Shown piece by piece: positions 24,431 through 32,727 of a DNA stretch of 64,000 nucleotides. The DNA comes from an uncultured Bacteroidales bacterium (GTDB lineage: Bacteria > Bacteroidota > Bacteroidia > Bacteroidales > SZUA-534). Numbering within the stretch: position 1 is the first letter of the stretch; each line of letters begins with the position of its first letter. The stretch is taken from assembly GCA_902790595.1 (NCBI GenBank), contig CADASL010000009.1:25229-89228 (forward strand), written 5' to 3'. The notes below the pieces were generated by a model, which saw only the letters and a program-made list of their open reading frames with translations, searched no databases and had not been told where the DNA came from. The translations under genes were made by a program, and so were the position numbers.

Positions 24431-24808
24431 AAGATAGCAGGCCTGTAAGCCAAGTTCTGTCCTTGCCGGAGCAAGGTCCTGTCATTTATCTCGAATTGCG
24501 GTTGCCCGCAACCACTATCGGCCTACCCCTCGCAACCTTTGTCGCCAAAAACAAGACGAGCAGCCTTGCCCGCCGAAGCGGCTTGCGATATACGTGGCCT
24601 TTCAACCCGACAGGGGCACAACTGCCACGGTCGCCCGCGGCATTGGTGGTCTCTTACACCGCCTTCTCACCCTTACCGCTTGCGCGGCGGTTATTTTCTT
24701 CTACCCTTATGCACCCTCACGGACGCCTTTCTTTCGGAAGGTCGGCGCTCTGTGTTGCCCAGACTTTCCTCACTGCTTGCGCAGCGCGACAGGACGGCCT
24801 GCTATCCG
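24431..24808 (-). ncRNA. rnpB: RNase P RNA (bacterial type A)
   Basis: On the minus strand the universally conserved 'GAGGAAAGTCtGGGC' is the complement of 24757-24771. 'ACAGAACttGGCTTAC' is the complement of about 24445-24460. P1 pairs gatagcaggcc (5') with ggcctgctatc (3'). The region is GC-rich, structured and about 378 nt. Overlapping track ORFs are spurious. Confidence 0.9.
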
Positions 24809-24912
24809 CCGCAAATGTAGCGATTTTACAATCGTTTTGACAGCGCAATCTTTCAGGCAAATTGCAAAGCGCACCTAAAATGTTGTACCTTCGCGCCAAA
24901 ATGTATTGAATT

Positions 24913-25536
24913 ATGAAAATTGCCGGACTTGTAAAGCAGAGTTTTATCGACTATCCCGACCGAATGGCGTGTGTGATTTTCACGCAGGGCTGCAATTTCC
25001 GCTGCGGCTACTGCCACAACCCGTCGTTGGTGCTGCCGCACTTGTTCGGGCAGAACAAACTGATTGACGAACAGGAAGTTCTGCAGTATCTCGAAGACCG
25101 AAAAGATTGGCTCGAAGGCGTTGTTGTTACTGGCGGCGAGCCCACCATTCACGGCGATTTGCCCGATTTTATCAAGCGTGTCAAGCAAATGGGCTACTGC
25201 GTCAAACTCGACTCAAACGGCACCAATCCCGATATGCTCGAGCAACTGCTTGCGGCTAAACTGTTGGATTTCATTGCAATGGACATCAAGTCGAATCCCG
25301 ACGCCGAGAGTTACGCCAAAGTTATCGGCAAAGACGCAACCGACTTAATGCCAAATATTTGGCGCTCAATCAAACTGATACAGAATTCGGGCATCGGCTA
25401 TCAGTTCCGCACCACGCTCATTCCGCACGTCCACCCCGTGGGCATTGCCGACGACATCATCAACTTCCTTGAGTACGACAACAACTACATTACGCAGCAG
25501 TACCGCGACGGCGACACGGTGGCGAAGAATCTTTAG
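24913..25536 (+). CDS. Radical-SAM activating enzyme (anaerobic ribonucleotide reductase activase NrdG-like)
   Basis: 207 aa. 'GLVKQSFIDYPDRMACVIFTQGCNFRCGYCHNP' contains the CxxxCxxC cluster. Confidence 0.75.
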   Translation: MKIAGLVKQSFIDYPDRMACVIFTQGCNFRCGYCHNPSLVLPHLFGQNKLIDEQEVLQYLEDRKDWLEGVVVTGGEPTIHGDLPDFIKRVKQMGYCVKLDSNGTNPDMLEQLLAAKLLDFIAMDIKSNPDAESYAKVIGKDATDLMPNIWRSIKLIQNSGIGYQFRTTLIPHVHPVGIADDIINFLEYDNNYITQQYRDGDTVAKNL

Positions 25537-25639
25537 GTTACACGCTCTGTCAGTTGTCTGTAGTCCGATGACTGATGTCAAAAAAAGTGTACTTTTGCGC
25601 AATTTGAAAATTTGTTAAACTTTATAAATATTTGAAACA

Positions 25640-27031
25640 GTGGGAAAGACACTATTTGACAAGATTTGGGACTCGCACGTCGTTCAGGTTATCCCCGACG
25701 GGCCAACCCAACTCTACATCGACCGTCTGTATGCTCACGAGGTGACTTCACCCCAAGCATTCGACACTTTGCGCGACAAGGGAATCAAGGTTTTCCGCCC
25801 CGAGCAGGTCGTGGCTATGCCCGACCACAACACGCCGTCGGACCAACAGGAGGTCATCAACGACCCGATTGGCCGCAAGCAGGTGGAGACGCTCGCCCGC
25901 AACTGCGCTGAATTCGGCATCCGCCACTTTGCAATGGGCACCAAGGACAACGGTATCATCCACGTGGTGGGCCCGGAGAAAGGCCTGTCGCTACCGGGAA
26001 TGACCATCGTCTGCGGCGATTCGCACACATCGACTCACGGCGCAGTGGGCGCTCTGGCAATGGGCATCGGCACAAGCGAGGTGGCCGAGGTGCTGGCAAG
26101 TCAGTGCATCCTTCAGAGCAAACCCAAAACAATGCGCATCAATATTGAGGGCGAATTGCAGAAAGGCGTGGTAGCCAAGGATATAGCGCTTTACATTATG
26201 GCCAAAATGACCACTTCGGGCGCCACGGGCTACGCTGTTGAATACGCCGGCTCAACCATTCGCAACCTGTCAATGGAAGGCCGCCTGACGCTCTCGAACC
26301 TGTCGATTGAAATGGGTTCGCGTGCCGGTATCATCGCGCCCGACGAGACAACCTTCGCCTACCTGAAGGGCCGTGAGTATGCGCCCAAAGGTGCAGAGTG
26401 GGACAAGGCCGTTGCTTTCTGGCGCACGCTGAAGAGCGACGCCGACGCTGTCTTCGACAAGGAGATTACCTACCGTGCCGAGGACATCAAGCCGCGCATC
26501 ACCTACGGAACAAATCCCGGCGCCGGAATCGCCATCGACGAGACCGTGCCCGTACTCGACGGAATGAGCGAGGCCGAAAAGGCTCAACTGACTGTGCAAC
26601 TGAACTATATGCAGTTCAAACCTGGACAGAAACTCGAAGGTACGCCTGTGGATTACTGCTTCCTGGGCGCCTGCACCAACGGTCGCATCGAGGATTTCCG
26701 CGCCTTTGCATCGGTTGTGAAGGGCAGGAAGAAATCGCCGAACGTTGTGGCGTGGTTGGTTCCGGGCTCGTGGCTTGTGCGTCAGCAGATTATCGACGAG
26801 GGCATCGACAAGGTTCTTGAAGAAGCCGGATTCGAGTTGCGCCTGCCGTCGTGCTCGTCGTGCCTGGCAATGAATCCCGACAAGGTGCCTGCCGGCAAGT
26901 TGGCCATCTCGACATCGAACCGCAACTTTGTCGGCCGTCAGGGCCCCGGCGCCCGCACCGTGCTGGCATCGCCGCTCGTTGTCGCCGCAAGCGCCATCAC
27001 TGGCGTTATCACCGACCCGAGAAAACTTTGA
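25640..27031 (+). CDS. leuC: 3-isopropylmalate dehydratase large subunit
   Basis: 463 aa with a GTG start. Aconitase-family motifs '[14 protein letters not shown]', '[12 protein letters not shown]' and '[11 protein letters not shown]'. Confidence 0.95.
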   Translation: MGKTLFDKIWDSHVVQVIPDGPTQLYIDRLYAHEVTSPQAFDTLRDKGIKVFRPEQVVAMPDHNTPSDQQEVINDPIGRKQVETLARNCAEFGIRHFAMGTKDNGIIHVVGPEKGLSLPGMTIVCGDSHTSTHGAVGALAMGIGTSEVAEVLASQCILQSKPKTMRINIEGELQKGVVAKDIALYIMAKMTTSGATGYAVEYAGSTIRNLSMEGRLTLSNLSIEMGSRAGIIAPDETTFAYLKGREYAPKGAEWDKAVAFWRTLKSDADAVFDKEITYRAEDIKPRITYGTNPGAGIAIDETVPVLDGMSEAEKAQLTVQLNYMQFKPGQKLEGTPVDYCFLGACTNGRIEDFRAFASVVKGRKKSPNVVAWLVPGSWLVRQQIIDEGIDKVLEEAGFELRLPSCSSCLAMNPDKVPAGKLAISTSNRNFVGRQGPGARTVLASPLVVAASAITGVITDPRKL

Positions 27032-27043
27032 TTTAGTGTTTAA

Positions 27044-27130
27044 GAACGCAGATAACACAGATTGAACAGATTTTAGGGATTATATCTTTTTATAAAACAG
27101 AACGTTGACGATTCAGATTGAACTGATTTT
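27044..27130 (+). repeat. Two direct copies (27044-27074, 27100-27130) of a ~31-nt element abutting the GxxExxY start codon
   Basis: gaacgcagataacacagattgaacagatttt and gaacgttgacgattcagattgaactgatttt match at 24/31. Confidence 0.8.
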
Positions 27131-27532
27131 ATGGATTTGACGTTTCAAACGGAGGAATATATTCATAAAGAACTGACTGAGAAGATTATAAAACGATTTT
27201 ATAGCGTTTATAATGAACTCGGATACGGTTTCCTGGAGAATGTTTATCAGAATGCGCTTTACTACGACTTGACCGATAATGGATTCAAATGTGAGGTGCA
27301 AAAAGATATAAAAGTATTCTTCCGAGGACGTTGTGTGGGCAATTACAGAGCCGATATGGTAGTGAATGACCTTGTATTGCTTGAGTTGAAGGCTTCAGAG
27401 GAGTTGAACAGTGCTCACGCAACACAATTGCAAAATTACTTGAAAGCCACAGAATATGAAGTTGGGCTTTTGCTTAATTTTGGCAAGAAACCTGAAGTCC
27501 GTCGGAAGGTCTTTGAAAACGACTACAAATAA
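27131..27532 (+). CDS. GxxExxY family protein (PD-(D/E)xK-like)
   Basis: 133 aa with the motif 'GYGFLENVY' (G-x-x-E-x-x-Y) and a 'D...LELK' nuclease-like core. Confidence 0.85.
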   Translation: MDLTFQTEEYIHKELTEKIIKRFYSVYNELGYGFLENVYQNALYYDLTDNGFKCEVQKDIKVFFRGRCVGNYRADMVVNDLVLLELKASEELNSAHATQLQNYLKATEYEVGLLLNFGKKPEVRRKVFENDYK

Positions 27533-27539
27533 ATCTGTG

Positions 27540-27570
27540 TAAATCAGTTAAATCTGCGTCATCAGCGTTC
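27540..27570 (-). repeat. Inverted copy of the 31-nt element, 8 nt after the GxxExxY stop
   Basis: The reverse complement 'gaacgctgatgacgcagatttaactgattta' matches 27100-27130 at 25/31. Confidence 0.8.
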
Positions 27571-27585
27571 AAAAAATATTGTACT

Positions 27586-28212
27586 ATGGCAAAACAGAAA
27601 TTTAATGTAATAAAATCGACGTGTATTCCGGTTGCGATTGACAACTGCAATACCGACCTGATTATTCCGGCGCGCTACCTGGCGAGCACCACTCGCGACC
27701 CGAAATTCTTCGGCGACGCCTTTATGCACGACCTGCGCTACGACGCTGACGGTAAGCCGGTTGCCGGATTTGTTATGAACCAACCCGAATTTTCGGAGGC
27801 ACCGCACGAAGGCTGCCACGAGATTATCGTGGGCGGACAGAACTGGGGCTCGGGCTCGAGCCGTGAACACGCCGCCTGGGCCATCGCCGGCTACGGCATC
27901 CGCGTGGTCATCTCGTCGAGTTTCGCCGACATCCACCGCAACAACCTGCTAAACTGCTTTGTGCTGCCGGTGGTGGTGAGCCGCGAGTTCCAACAGGAGT
28001 TGTTCGACTCTATCGCCAAAAATCCGCAAACCATTGTTACTGTTGACGTTCCGAATCAGACTGTGACCAACGAGGCCACCGGTCACTCGGAGAAGTTCGA
28101 AATCAACAGCTACAAGAAGCACTGCCTTGTCAATGCGCTCGACGACATCGACTATCTGTTGAGCGTTCAGGACAAGACCGAAGCGTTTGAGAAGACGGCG
28201 AAGAAGTGGTAA
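27586..28212 (+). CDS. leuD: 3-isopropylmalate dehydratase small subunit
   Basis: 208 aa. 'NTDLIIPARYL' and 'GQNWGSGSSREHAAWAIAGYGIRVVISSSFADIHRNN'. Confidence 0.9.
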   Translation: MAKQKFNVIKSTCIPVAIDNCNTDLIIPARYLASTTRDPKFFGDAFMHDLRYDADGKPVAGFVMNQPEFSEAPHEGCHEIIVGGQNWGSGSSREHAAWAIAGYGIRVVISSSFADIHRNNLLNCFVLPVVVSREFQQELFDSIAKNPQTIVTVDVPNQTVTNEATGHSEKFEINSYKKHCLVNALDDIDYLLSVQDKTEAFEKTAKKW

Positions 28213-28297
28213 TCCATTGCCGCATAGGGTAATAGAGTTGTTTTACCACCGAAGACACATAAAGTGCGGAAGTGATTCCGCATCAGTGATTTCAGCA

Positions 28298-28331
28298 CAG
28301 CAACCGGACTTGTTCGGTTGCTGTTTTTTTT
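28298..28331 (+). terminator. Intrinsic terminator after leuD
   Basis: cagcaaccg (28298-28306) pairs with cggttgctg (28315-28323), followed by T8. Confidence 0.8.
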
Positions 28332-28400
28332 GCGTTTCCGTGTCATCCGTGCTTTCCGTGGTAATCAAATTTCGCACTTGCTAAATTTCCAATACATTCC

Positions 28401-28408
28401 TAAATTTG
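28401..28408 (+). promoter_or_regulatory. -7 box TAAATTTG
   Basis: An exact TAnnTTTG match 47 nt upstream of ATG 28455. Confidence 0.5.
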
Positions 28409-28454
28409 CGGTTTGATTTAAAAATTTGCAAATTCATTGTTTTACTGATAAATA

Positions 28455-29963
28455 ATGAGGATAGAAATACTTGATACTACATTGCGCGACGGCGAGCAAA
28501 TGTCGGGTGTGGCTTTCTCGGCCGACGAGAAGTTGAGCCTTTCAAAACTGTTGCTCGAGGATTTGAAGGTCGATAGGCTTGAAGTGGCTTCGGCACGCGT
28601 GTCGGAGGGTGAGTTTGAGGCTGTTCGCAAGGTTTGCGACTGGGCCCGTCAGCGCGGATTCATCGACAGGATAGAGGTTCTGGGTTTCGTGGACGGCGAG
28701 ACATCGATTGATTGGATACAACGTGCTGGCTGTAAGGTGATTAACCTGCTGGCAAAGGGCTCGCTCAAGCACTGCGAGGGGCAGTTGCGCAAGACGCCCG
28801 AACAGCACTTGGCTGATATCCGCAACTCGATAGAGAAGGCTCACGAGCGCGGCTTGAACGTGAACATCTACCTTGAGGATTGGTCGGGAGGAATGCGCAC
28901 ATCGCCCGACTATGTCTTTGCAATGGTCGACGCGCTGAAAGATAGTGGAATACAGCGTTTTATGCTGCCCGACACGCTCGGAATCCTGAATCCTGACGAC
29001 ACTTATAACTACCTGTCGGCAATGCGCAACCGCTATCCCGATTTGAATTTCGACTTCCATCCGCATAACGACTACGACCTGGCCACGGCCAACGTCTATG
29101 CGGCCATCAAGGCGGGTATAGCATCGTTCCACGCCACCATCAACGGCTTGGGAGAACGTGCTGGAAATGTCACAATATCAAGCATTATTGCCATTGTGAA
29201 AGACCATTTCAACTACGAGGTGAACGCTGACGAGAGCAAACTCTACCGCGTAAGCCGTATGGTTGAGATGTTCTCGGGAATCCGCATACCAACAAACAAA
29301 CCAATTATTGGTGAGAATGTGTTTACGCAAACTGCTGGTATTCACGCTGATGGCGATAACAAAAACAATCTTTACTGCAACGCTCTGGTGCCTGAACGCT
29401 TTGGCCGCCATCGTACCTATGCGCTCGGCAAAACATCGGGTAAAGCCAACATTAAGAAGAACTTGGAGGAGATGGGCATCGAACTCGACGACGACGCAAT
29501 GCGCAAAGTGACGCAACGCATCATCGAACTTGGCGACAAGAAGGAGACCGTGACGCCCGAAGATTTGCCGTTCATAATCAGCGATGTGCTTCGCAGTCAG
29601 TCGATTAAGGACAAGATTGACGTTGTGAACTTCAATTTCAGCACAGCCAAAGGACTGAAATCGATTGTGTCGGTTATGGTGAAAATTGACGGGCAGTTCT
29701 ACAAGGAGGCTGCTTCGGGCGATGGCCAGTACGATGCATTTATGAGTTGTATCAAGAAGATTTACAGTAATTTGAATAAGCCTCTGCCGAAGTTGGTAGA
29801 TTACAATGTGACCATTCCGCCTGGCGGCCGCACCGACGCTTTGGTGCAGACCACCATCACTTGGCAGATGGACAAGGAGTTCCGCACCCGTGGCCTTGAC
29901 CCCGACCAAACTATGGCCGCCATCAAAGCAACCATTAAGATGCTGAATATCATTGAGGAATAG
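28455..29963 (+). CDS. LeuA/CimA family synthase (2-isopropylmalate / (R)-citramalate synthase) with C-terminal LeuA-dimer regulatory domain
   Basis: 502 aa. 'ILDTTLRDGEQ', 'HPHNDYDLATAN' and a C-terminal allosteric domain. I cannot tell leuA from cimA by eye. Confidence 0.85.
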   Translation: MRIEILDTTLRDGEQMSGVAFSADEKLSLSKLLLEDLKVDRLEVASARVSEGEFEAVRKVCDWARQRGFIDRIEVLGFVDGETSIDWIQRAGCKVINLLAKGSLKHCEGQLRKTPEQHLADIRNSIEKAHERGLNVNIYLEDWSGGMRTSPDYVFAMVDALKDSGIQRFMLPDTLGILNPDDTYNYLSAMRNRYPDLNFDFHPHNDYDLATANVYAAIKAGIASFHATINGLGERAGNVTISSIIAIVKDHFNYEVNADESKLYRVSRMVEMFSGIRIPTNKPIIGENVFTQTAGIHADGDNKNNLYCNALVPERFGRHRTYALGKTSGKANIKKNLEEMGIELDDDAMRKVTQRIIELGDKKETVTPEDLPFIISDVLRSQSIKDKIDVVNFNFSTAKGLKSIVSVMVKIDGQFYKEAASGDGQYDAFMSCIKKIYSNLNKPLPKLVDYNVTIPPGGRTDALVQTTITWQMDKEFRTRGLDPDQTMAAIKATIKMLNIIEE

Positions 29964-30031
29964 GGGGCTGGGTAATTACGAATTGTGAATTACGAATTAC
30001 GATTTATAACTAATTCTAAAATTATAACGCT

Positions 30032-30949
30032 ATGAGAAACAAGATTTTAATTGCTGCTTTTTTGCTGATGTCGAGTGTTTCGGCGTGGGCGGAAGATTTT
30101 GATTTTTCAGCCGTATGTGGCACAGGACAGACTTTGTATTACATAATTACAAGTGAGTCAGAACCGTACACGGTGAAAGTGATATGTCCTAAGGAGGATG
30201 AAAGTGAATTTTACGTTGGGTACTCAAAACCTGAAGGTGACCTAGTTATTCCTTCAGAAGTTGAAAACAATGGTATAAAGTATAGTGTTAAAGGTATAGG
30301 TGAAAAAGCGTTTTGCGCTTGCGGTGGACTCACGTCGGTCAATTTTCCAGAATCAATTACCAACATAGCCGACTATGCGTTCTATGGTTGCTATGGATTG
30401 AAATCGGTAACTATTCCTAATTCAGTTGCTAGCATTGGCGGCTGGGCGTTCACCAATTGCAATGGGCTTACGTCAATTGCCATACCCAACTCGGTTACAA
30501 GTATCGGCGACCTTGCATTTGGCGGTTGTGATGGCTTGGTTTCTATTACGATTCCCAAAACGGTCGAAAAAATGGGAATTTTAGTTTTTGAAAAATGCAC
30601 CGCAACCATATATTGTGAGGCAGAAAGCAAGCCAAAGGATTGGGGAAATGATTGGTTAGGCTACGAAGAATACAAAGGCAAGATTGTTTGGGGTTACAAA
30701 CCAACCCCCGTCACTGAATTTACCGCCAACTCAGTGAACGTTTACGCACACGGAAACACCATTGAGGTTGAGAACGCAACAGATGAAATCAGTGTTTACG
30801 ATGCAATGGGACGCCTTGTGTGTAGAGACGTTGCGCGCAACGTCTCTACGGTTGCCGAATCGGGCGTCCGTGCAGAAATCCGCGTGAACAATCCAGGCTT
30901 TTACATTGTGAAGGTTGGCGATGTGGCGAAACGCGTGGTAGTTAGATAA
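30032..30949 (+). CDS. BspA-type leucine-rich-repeat surface protein with T9SS C-terminal sorting domain
   Basis: 305 aa with a signal peptide. Repeated 'L(K/T)S(V/I)xIPNSVxSIGxxAFxxCxGL' units, and a CTD-like tail 'ISVYDAMGRLV...GFYIVKVGDVAKRVVV'. Confidence 0.8.
   Translation: MRNKILIAAFLLMSSVSAWAEDFDFSAVCGTGQTLYYIITSESEPYTVKVICPKEDESEFYVGYSKPEGDLVIPSEVENNGIKYSVKGIGEKAFCACGGLTSVNFPESITNIADYAFYGCYGLKSVTIPNSVASIGGWAFTNCNGLTSIAIPNSVTSIGDLAFGGCDGLVSITIPKTVEKMGILVFEKCTATIYCEAESKPKDWGNDWLGYEEYKGKIVWGYKPTPVTEFTANSVNVYAHGNTIEVENATDEISVYDAMGRLVCRDVARNVSTVAESGVRAEIRVNNPGFYIVKVGDVAKRVVVR
30822..30849. repeat. Perfect 28-nt palindrome GTAGAGACGTTGCG|CGCAACGTCTCTAC inside the T9SS tail coding region
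   Basis: Read directly. A near-twin lies in the intergenic region at 60110-60137. Confidence 0.9.
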
Positions 30950-30963
30950 TTAGAAAAAATTAC

Positions 30964-30971
30964 TATCTTTT
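30964..30971 (+). promoter_or_regulatory. Candidate -7 box TATCTTTT
   Basis: 27 nt upstream of ATG 30998, with one mismatch to TAnnTTTG. Confidence 0.35.
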
Positions 30972-30997
30972 CACCCGAAAACGAAAAACTGTTTGTT

Positions 30998-31294
30998 ATG
31001 GATACGCAAGCAATGAGCAAAAAAATAGCCGAATATTTTAAGTCGCAGCCTGTTATTAAGGCGTGGCTTTTCGGTTCGTTCGCGCGTGGTGAGGAAACCC
31101 CTGTGAGCGATGTCGATATTCTTGTCGTTCTCGACCACACCAAACCTGTGGGGTTAAAGTTTTTCGGAATGTGGAACGATTTGGAGGAATTGCTCGACCG
31201 TAAGGTGGACCTTGTAACAGAAAACTCGTTGGCTGATTTTGCTCGCGAAAGTGTTGAACACGACAAAAAACTGATTTATGAGAGAGCCGCTTAA
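30998..31294 (+). CDS. Nucleotidyltransferase (MNT/MntA-type) antitoxin
   Basis: 98 aa with the minimal NTase motif 'LFGSFARGEETPVSDVDILV'. It overlaps the downstream HEPN gene by 17 nt. Confidence 0.85.
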   Translation: MDTQAMSKKIAEYFKSQPVIKAWLFGSFARGEETPVSDVDILVVLDHTKPVGLKFFGMWNDLEELLDRKVDLVTENSLADFARESVEHDKKLIYERAA

Positions 31295-31778
31295 AGATAA
31301 AACGAGGTTGGAGCATATCGTTAACGCTATAGACATAGTTCTGGAGCGTACTGGTGCAATAACTCGCGAAAAATTGACAACCGACAAAGTTCAATTCGGT
31401 GGAATTGTCTACTACACATTGGTTATTGGTGAAGCGGCTTACAATCTTAGCAAGGCTTTCAAAGAAAAATACAAAGAGACCGATTGGCAGGAAATTGCCA
31501 AAATGCGACACAATTTGGTGCACGGATACTATCAAGTTGACCCCGATATTTTATGGGCTGTCGTAAATAACGACCTTCCACCGCTTCGAGAGCAAGTTAC
31601 CCGCTATTTGAAGGAAACCAATTGGGACGAGTGGGAGAAAAACGTTAAGGTGGTTACCGAATCGGCCGTTCACAAAAGTCTTATTCAAACCGCCCAACGA
31701 ATGAAATCCAAAGGTTATTCTGCAAAAGAAATCTCGTCAATAACAGGCCTTTCCGCTGACGAAATTGAGTCGGCGTAA
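31278..31778 (+). CDS. DUF86/HepT-type HEPN toxin with ~50-aa C-terminal extension
   Basis: 166 aa with the R-x4-H-x-Y motif 'RHNLVHGY'. The extra tail ends 'KGYSAKEISSITGLSADEIESA' (HTH-like). Confidence 0.8.
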   Translation: MREPLKDKTRLEHIVNAIDIVLERTGAITREKLTTDKVQFGGIVYYTLVIGEAAYNLSKAFKEKYKETDWQEIAKMRHNLVHGYYQVDPDILWAVVNNDLPPLREQVTRYLKETNWDEWEKNVKVVTESAVHKSLIQTAQRMKSKGYSAKEISSITGLSADEIESA

Positions 31779-31794
31779 AATCTATCTTTTAGCA

Positions 31795-32514
31795 ATGCAA
31801 AAATCGTCAATCGATAGTATCCGTCAGAATTTCAATGAAATGGTAGGTCGGTTCACGAACTTGGAGACAGGACAGGCCACGGCCATTGATTCGCCGTTGT
31901 GTATGGCGCTTGTGGCGCAGATTGCGCGTGCAATGTGTCCTGATGCACAATCGATTATGGATTTGGGATGCGGCGGTGGCAATTACGCCGTTAAGATGTG
32001 CGAGGTTTTCCCGTCGGCCAATTACACGCTTATCGACTTGAGCGAGAATATGATACGTGAGGCCGAACGGCGCGTTTCGGTAGCAACAAAAGGCGCTGTC
32101 AAGGCTATTTGTGCCGACTACAAAACCATCGATTTCGGCTATCAAAAGTACGACATTATAACCGCAGGAACCACGCTTCACCACTTGCGCACGGAGCAGG
32201 AGTGGGAGTCGGTGTTCGGACGGCTTTACGATTCGCTGAAACGTGGCGGGCTATTCTTTGTAAACGACATTGTGGTTGGCGAAACGCCTGAAATCGACGC
32301 ACTTATGCTCGAAGGCTGGAAAAGCGTTCTGCGTCAGAATGTTCCCGGCGAGGTGGATTTTTTCTTGAAGAAATACGAAACCGAAGACACCCCGCAAACG
32401 CTTAACTATCAACTTGATTTGATGCGTGAGGTTGGATTCTCGCAAACATCGGTGTTGCATAAACACTTTAACTTTGCCACCTATGTGGGCATCAAATCTA
32501 CGTGCCATACGTAA
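31795..32514 (+). CDS. Class I SAM-dependent methyltransferase
   Basis: Start taken at the inner ATG (MQKSS...). SAM motif I 'IMDLGCGGGNYAV', and 'LIDLSENM'. Confidence 0.75.
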   Translation: MQKSSIDSIRQNFNEMVGRFTNLETGQATAIDSPLCMALVAQIARAMCPDAQSIMDLGCGGGNYAVKMCEVFPSANYTLIDLSENMIREAERRVSVATKGAVKAICADYKTIDFGYQKYDIITAGTTLHHLRTEQEWESVFGRLYDSLKRGGLFFVNDIVVGETPEIDALMLEGWKSVLRQNVPGEVDFFLKKYETEDTPQTLNYQLDLMREVGFSQTSVLHKHFNFATYVGIKSTCHT

Positions 32515-32572
32515 CCAGATTATTTTTCTTGAAAAAATCCGCCAGCGAGCGAACACCATTACAAATTCCTAT

Positions 32573-32580
32573 TACTTTTG
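32573..32580 (+). promoter_or_regulatory. -7 box TACTTTTG for the aromatic-operon leader
   Basis: An exact TAnnTTTG match 22 nt upstream of the leader ATG at 32602. Confidence 0.5.
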
Positions 32581-32601
32581 CGCCGTTAAAAACAGAAAAC
32601 A

Positions 32602-32658
32602 ATGTTGAACACTGCATCTTACTTCGCTTATTATTTCTTTTACTACTTCAGTAATTGA
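32602..32658 (+). CDS. Tyr/Phe-rich leader peptide (18 aa) of the aromatic amino-acid operon
   Basis: atg ttg aac act gca tct tac ttc gct tat tat ttc ttt tac tac ttc agt aat tga translates to MLNTASYFAYYFFYYFSN*. Nine of 18 residues are Tyr or Phe. The stop abuts the antiterminator arm. Confidence 0.65.
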   Translation: MLNTASYFAYYFFYYFSN

Positions 32659-32693
32659 GGCGGGGTAATGTTCGTGTAATTGATTATGAATAC

Positions 32694-32723
32694 AGGCCCC
32701 GCGTTTTGCGGGGCTTTTTTTTT
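32694..32723 (+). terminator. Attenuator terminator upstream of pheA
   Basis: ccccgc (32697-32702) pairs with gcgggg (32708-32713), with extensions g96-c714, g95-t715 and a94-t716, followed by T9. The identical 'gcgggg' at 32660-32665 can pair with 32697-32702 instead, acting as an antiterminator. Confidence 0.7.
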
Positions 32724-32727
32724 GAAA

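Noticed and set aside
24424-24899. Track ORFs 24424..24840(+), 24539..24820(+), 24594..24878(+) and 24717..24899(-).
   Set aside because: The region is RNase P RNA on the minus strand, with conserved GAGGAAAGTC and ACAGAA...GGCTTA boxes. The ORFs are artefacts of GC-rich structured RNA.
25568-25618. A mini-ORF MTDVKKSVLLRNLKIC upstream of leuC, considered as a possible Leu leader peptide.
   Set aside because: It has only 3 Leu, not in a run. No terminator/antiterminator structure lies between it and leuC, and the spacing to the GTG start is too short.
28187-28384. A 65-aa ORF spanning the leuD-cimA spacer.
   Set aside because: It overlaps the leuD 3' end, then reads through an intrinsic terminator and repeat words. 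It shows no coding signal.
32680-32727. A TTG-initiated N-terminal extension of pheA (MIMNTGPAFCGAFFLK...).
   Set aside because: The extension is encoded by the attenuator terminator hairpin and its T-run. The ATG at 32728 gives a canonical prephenate dehydratase N-terminus.
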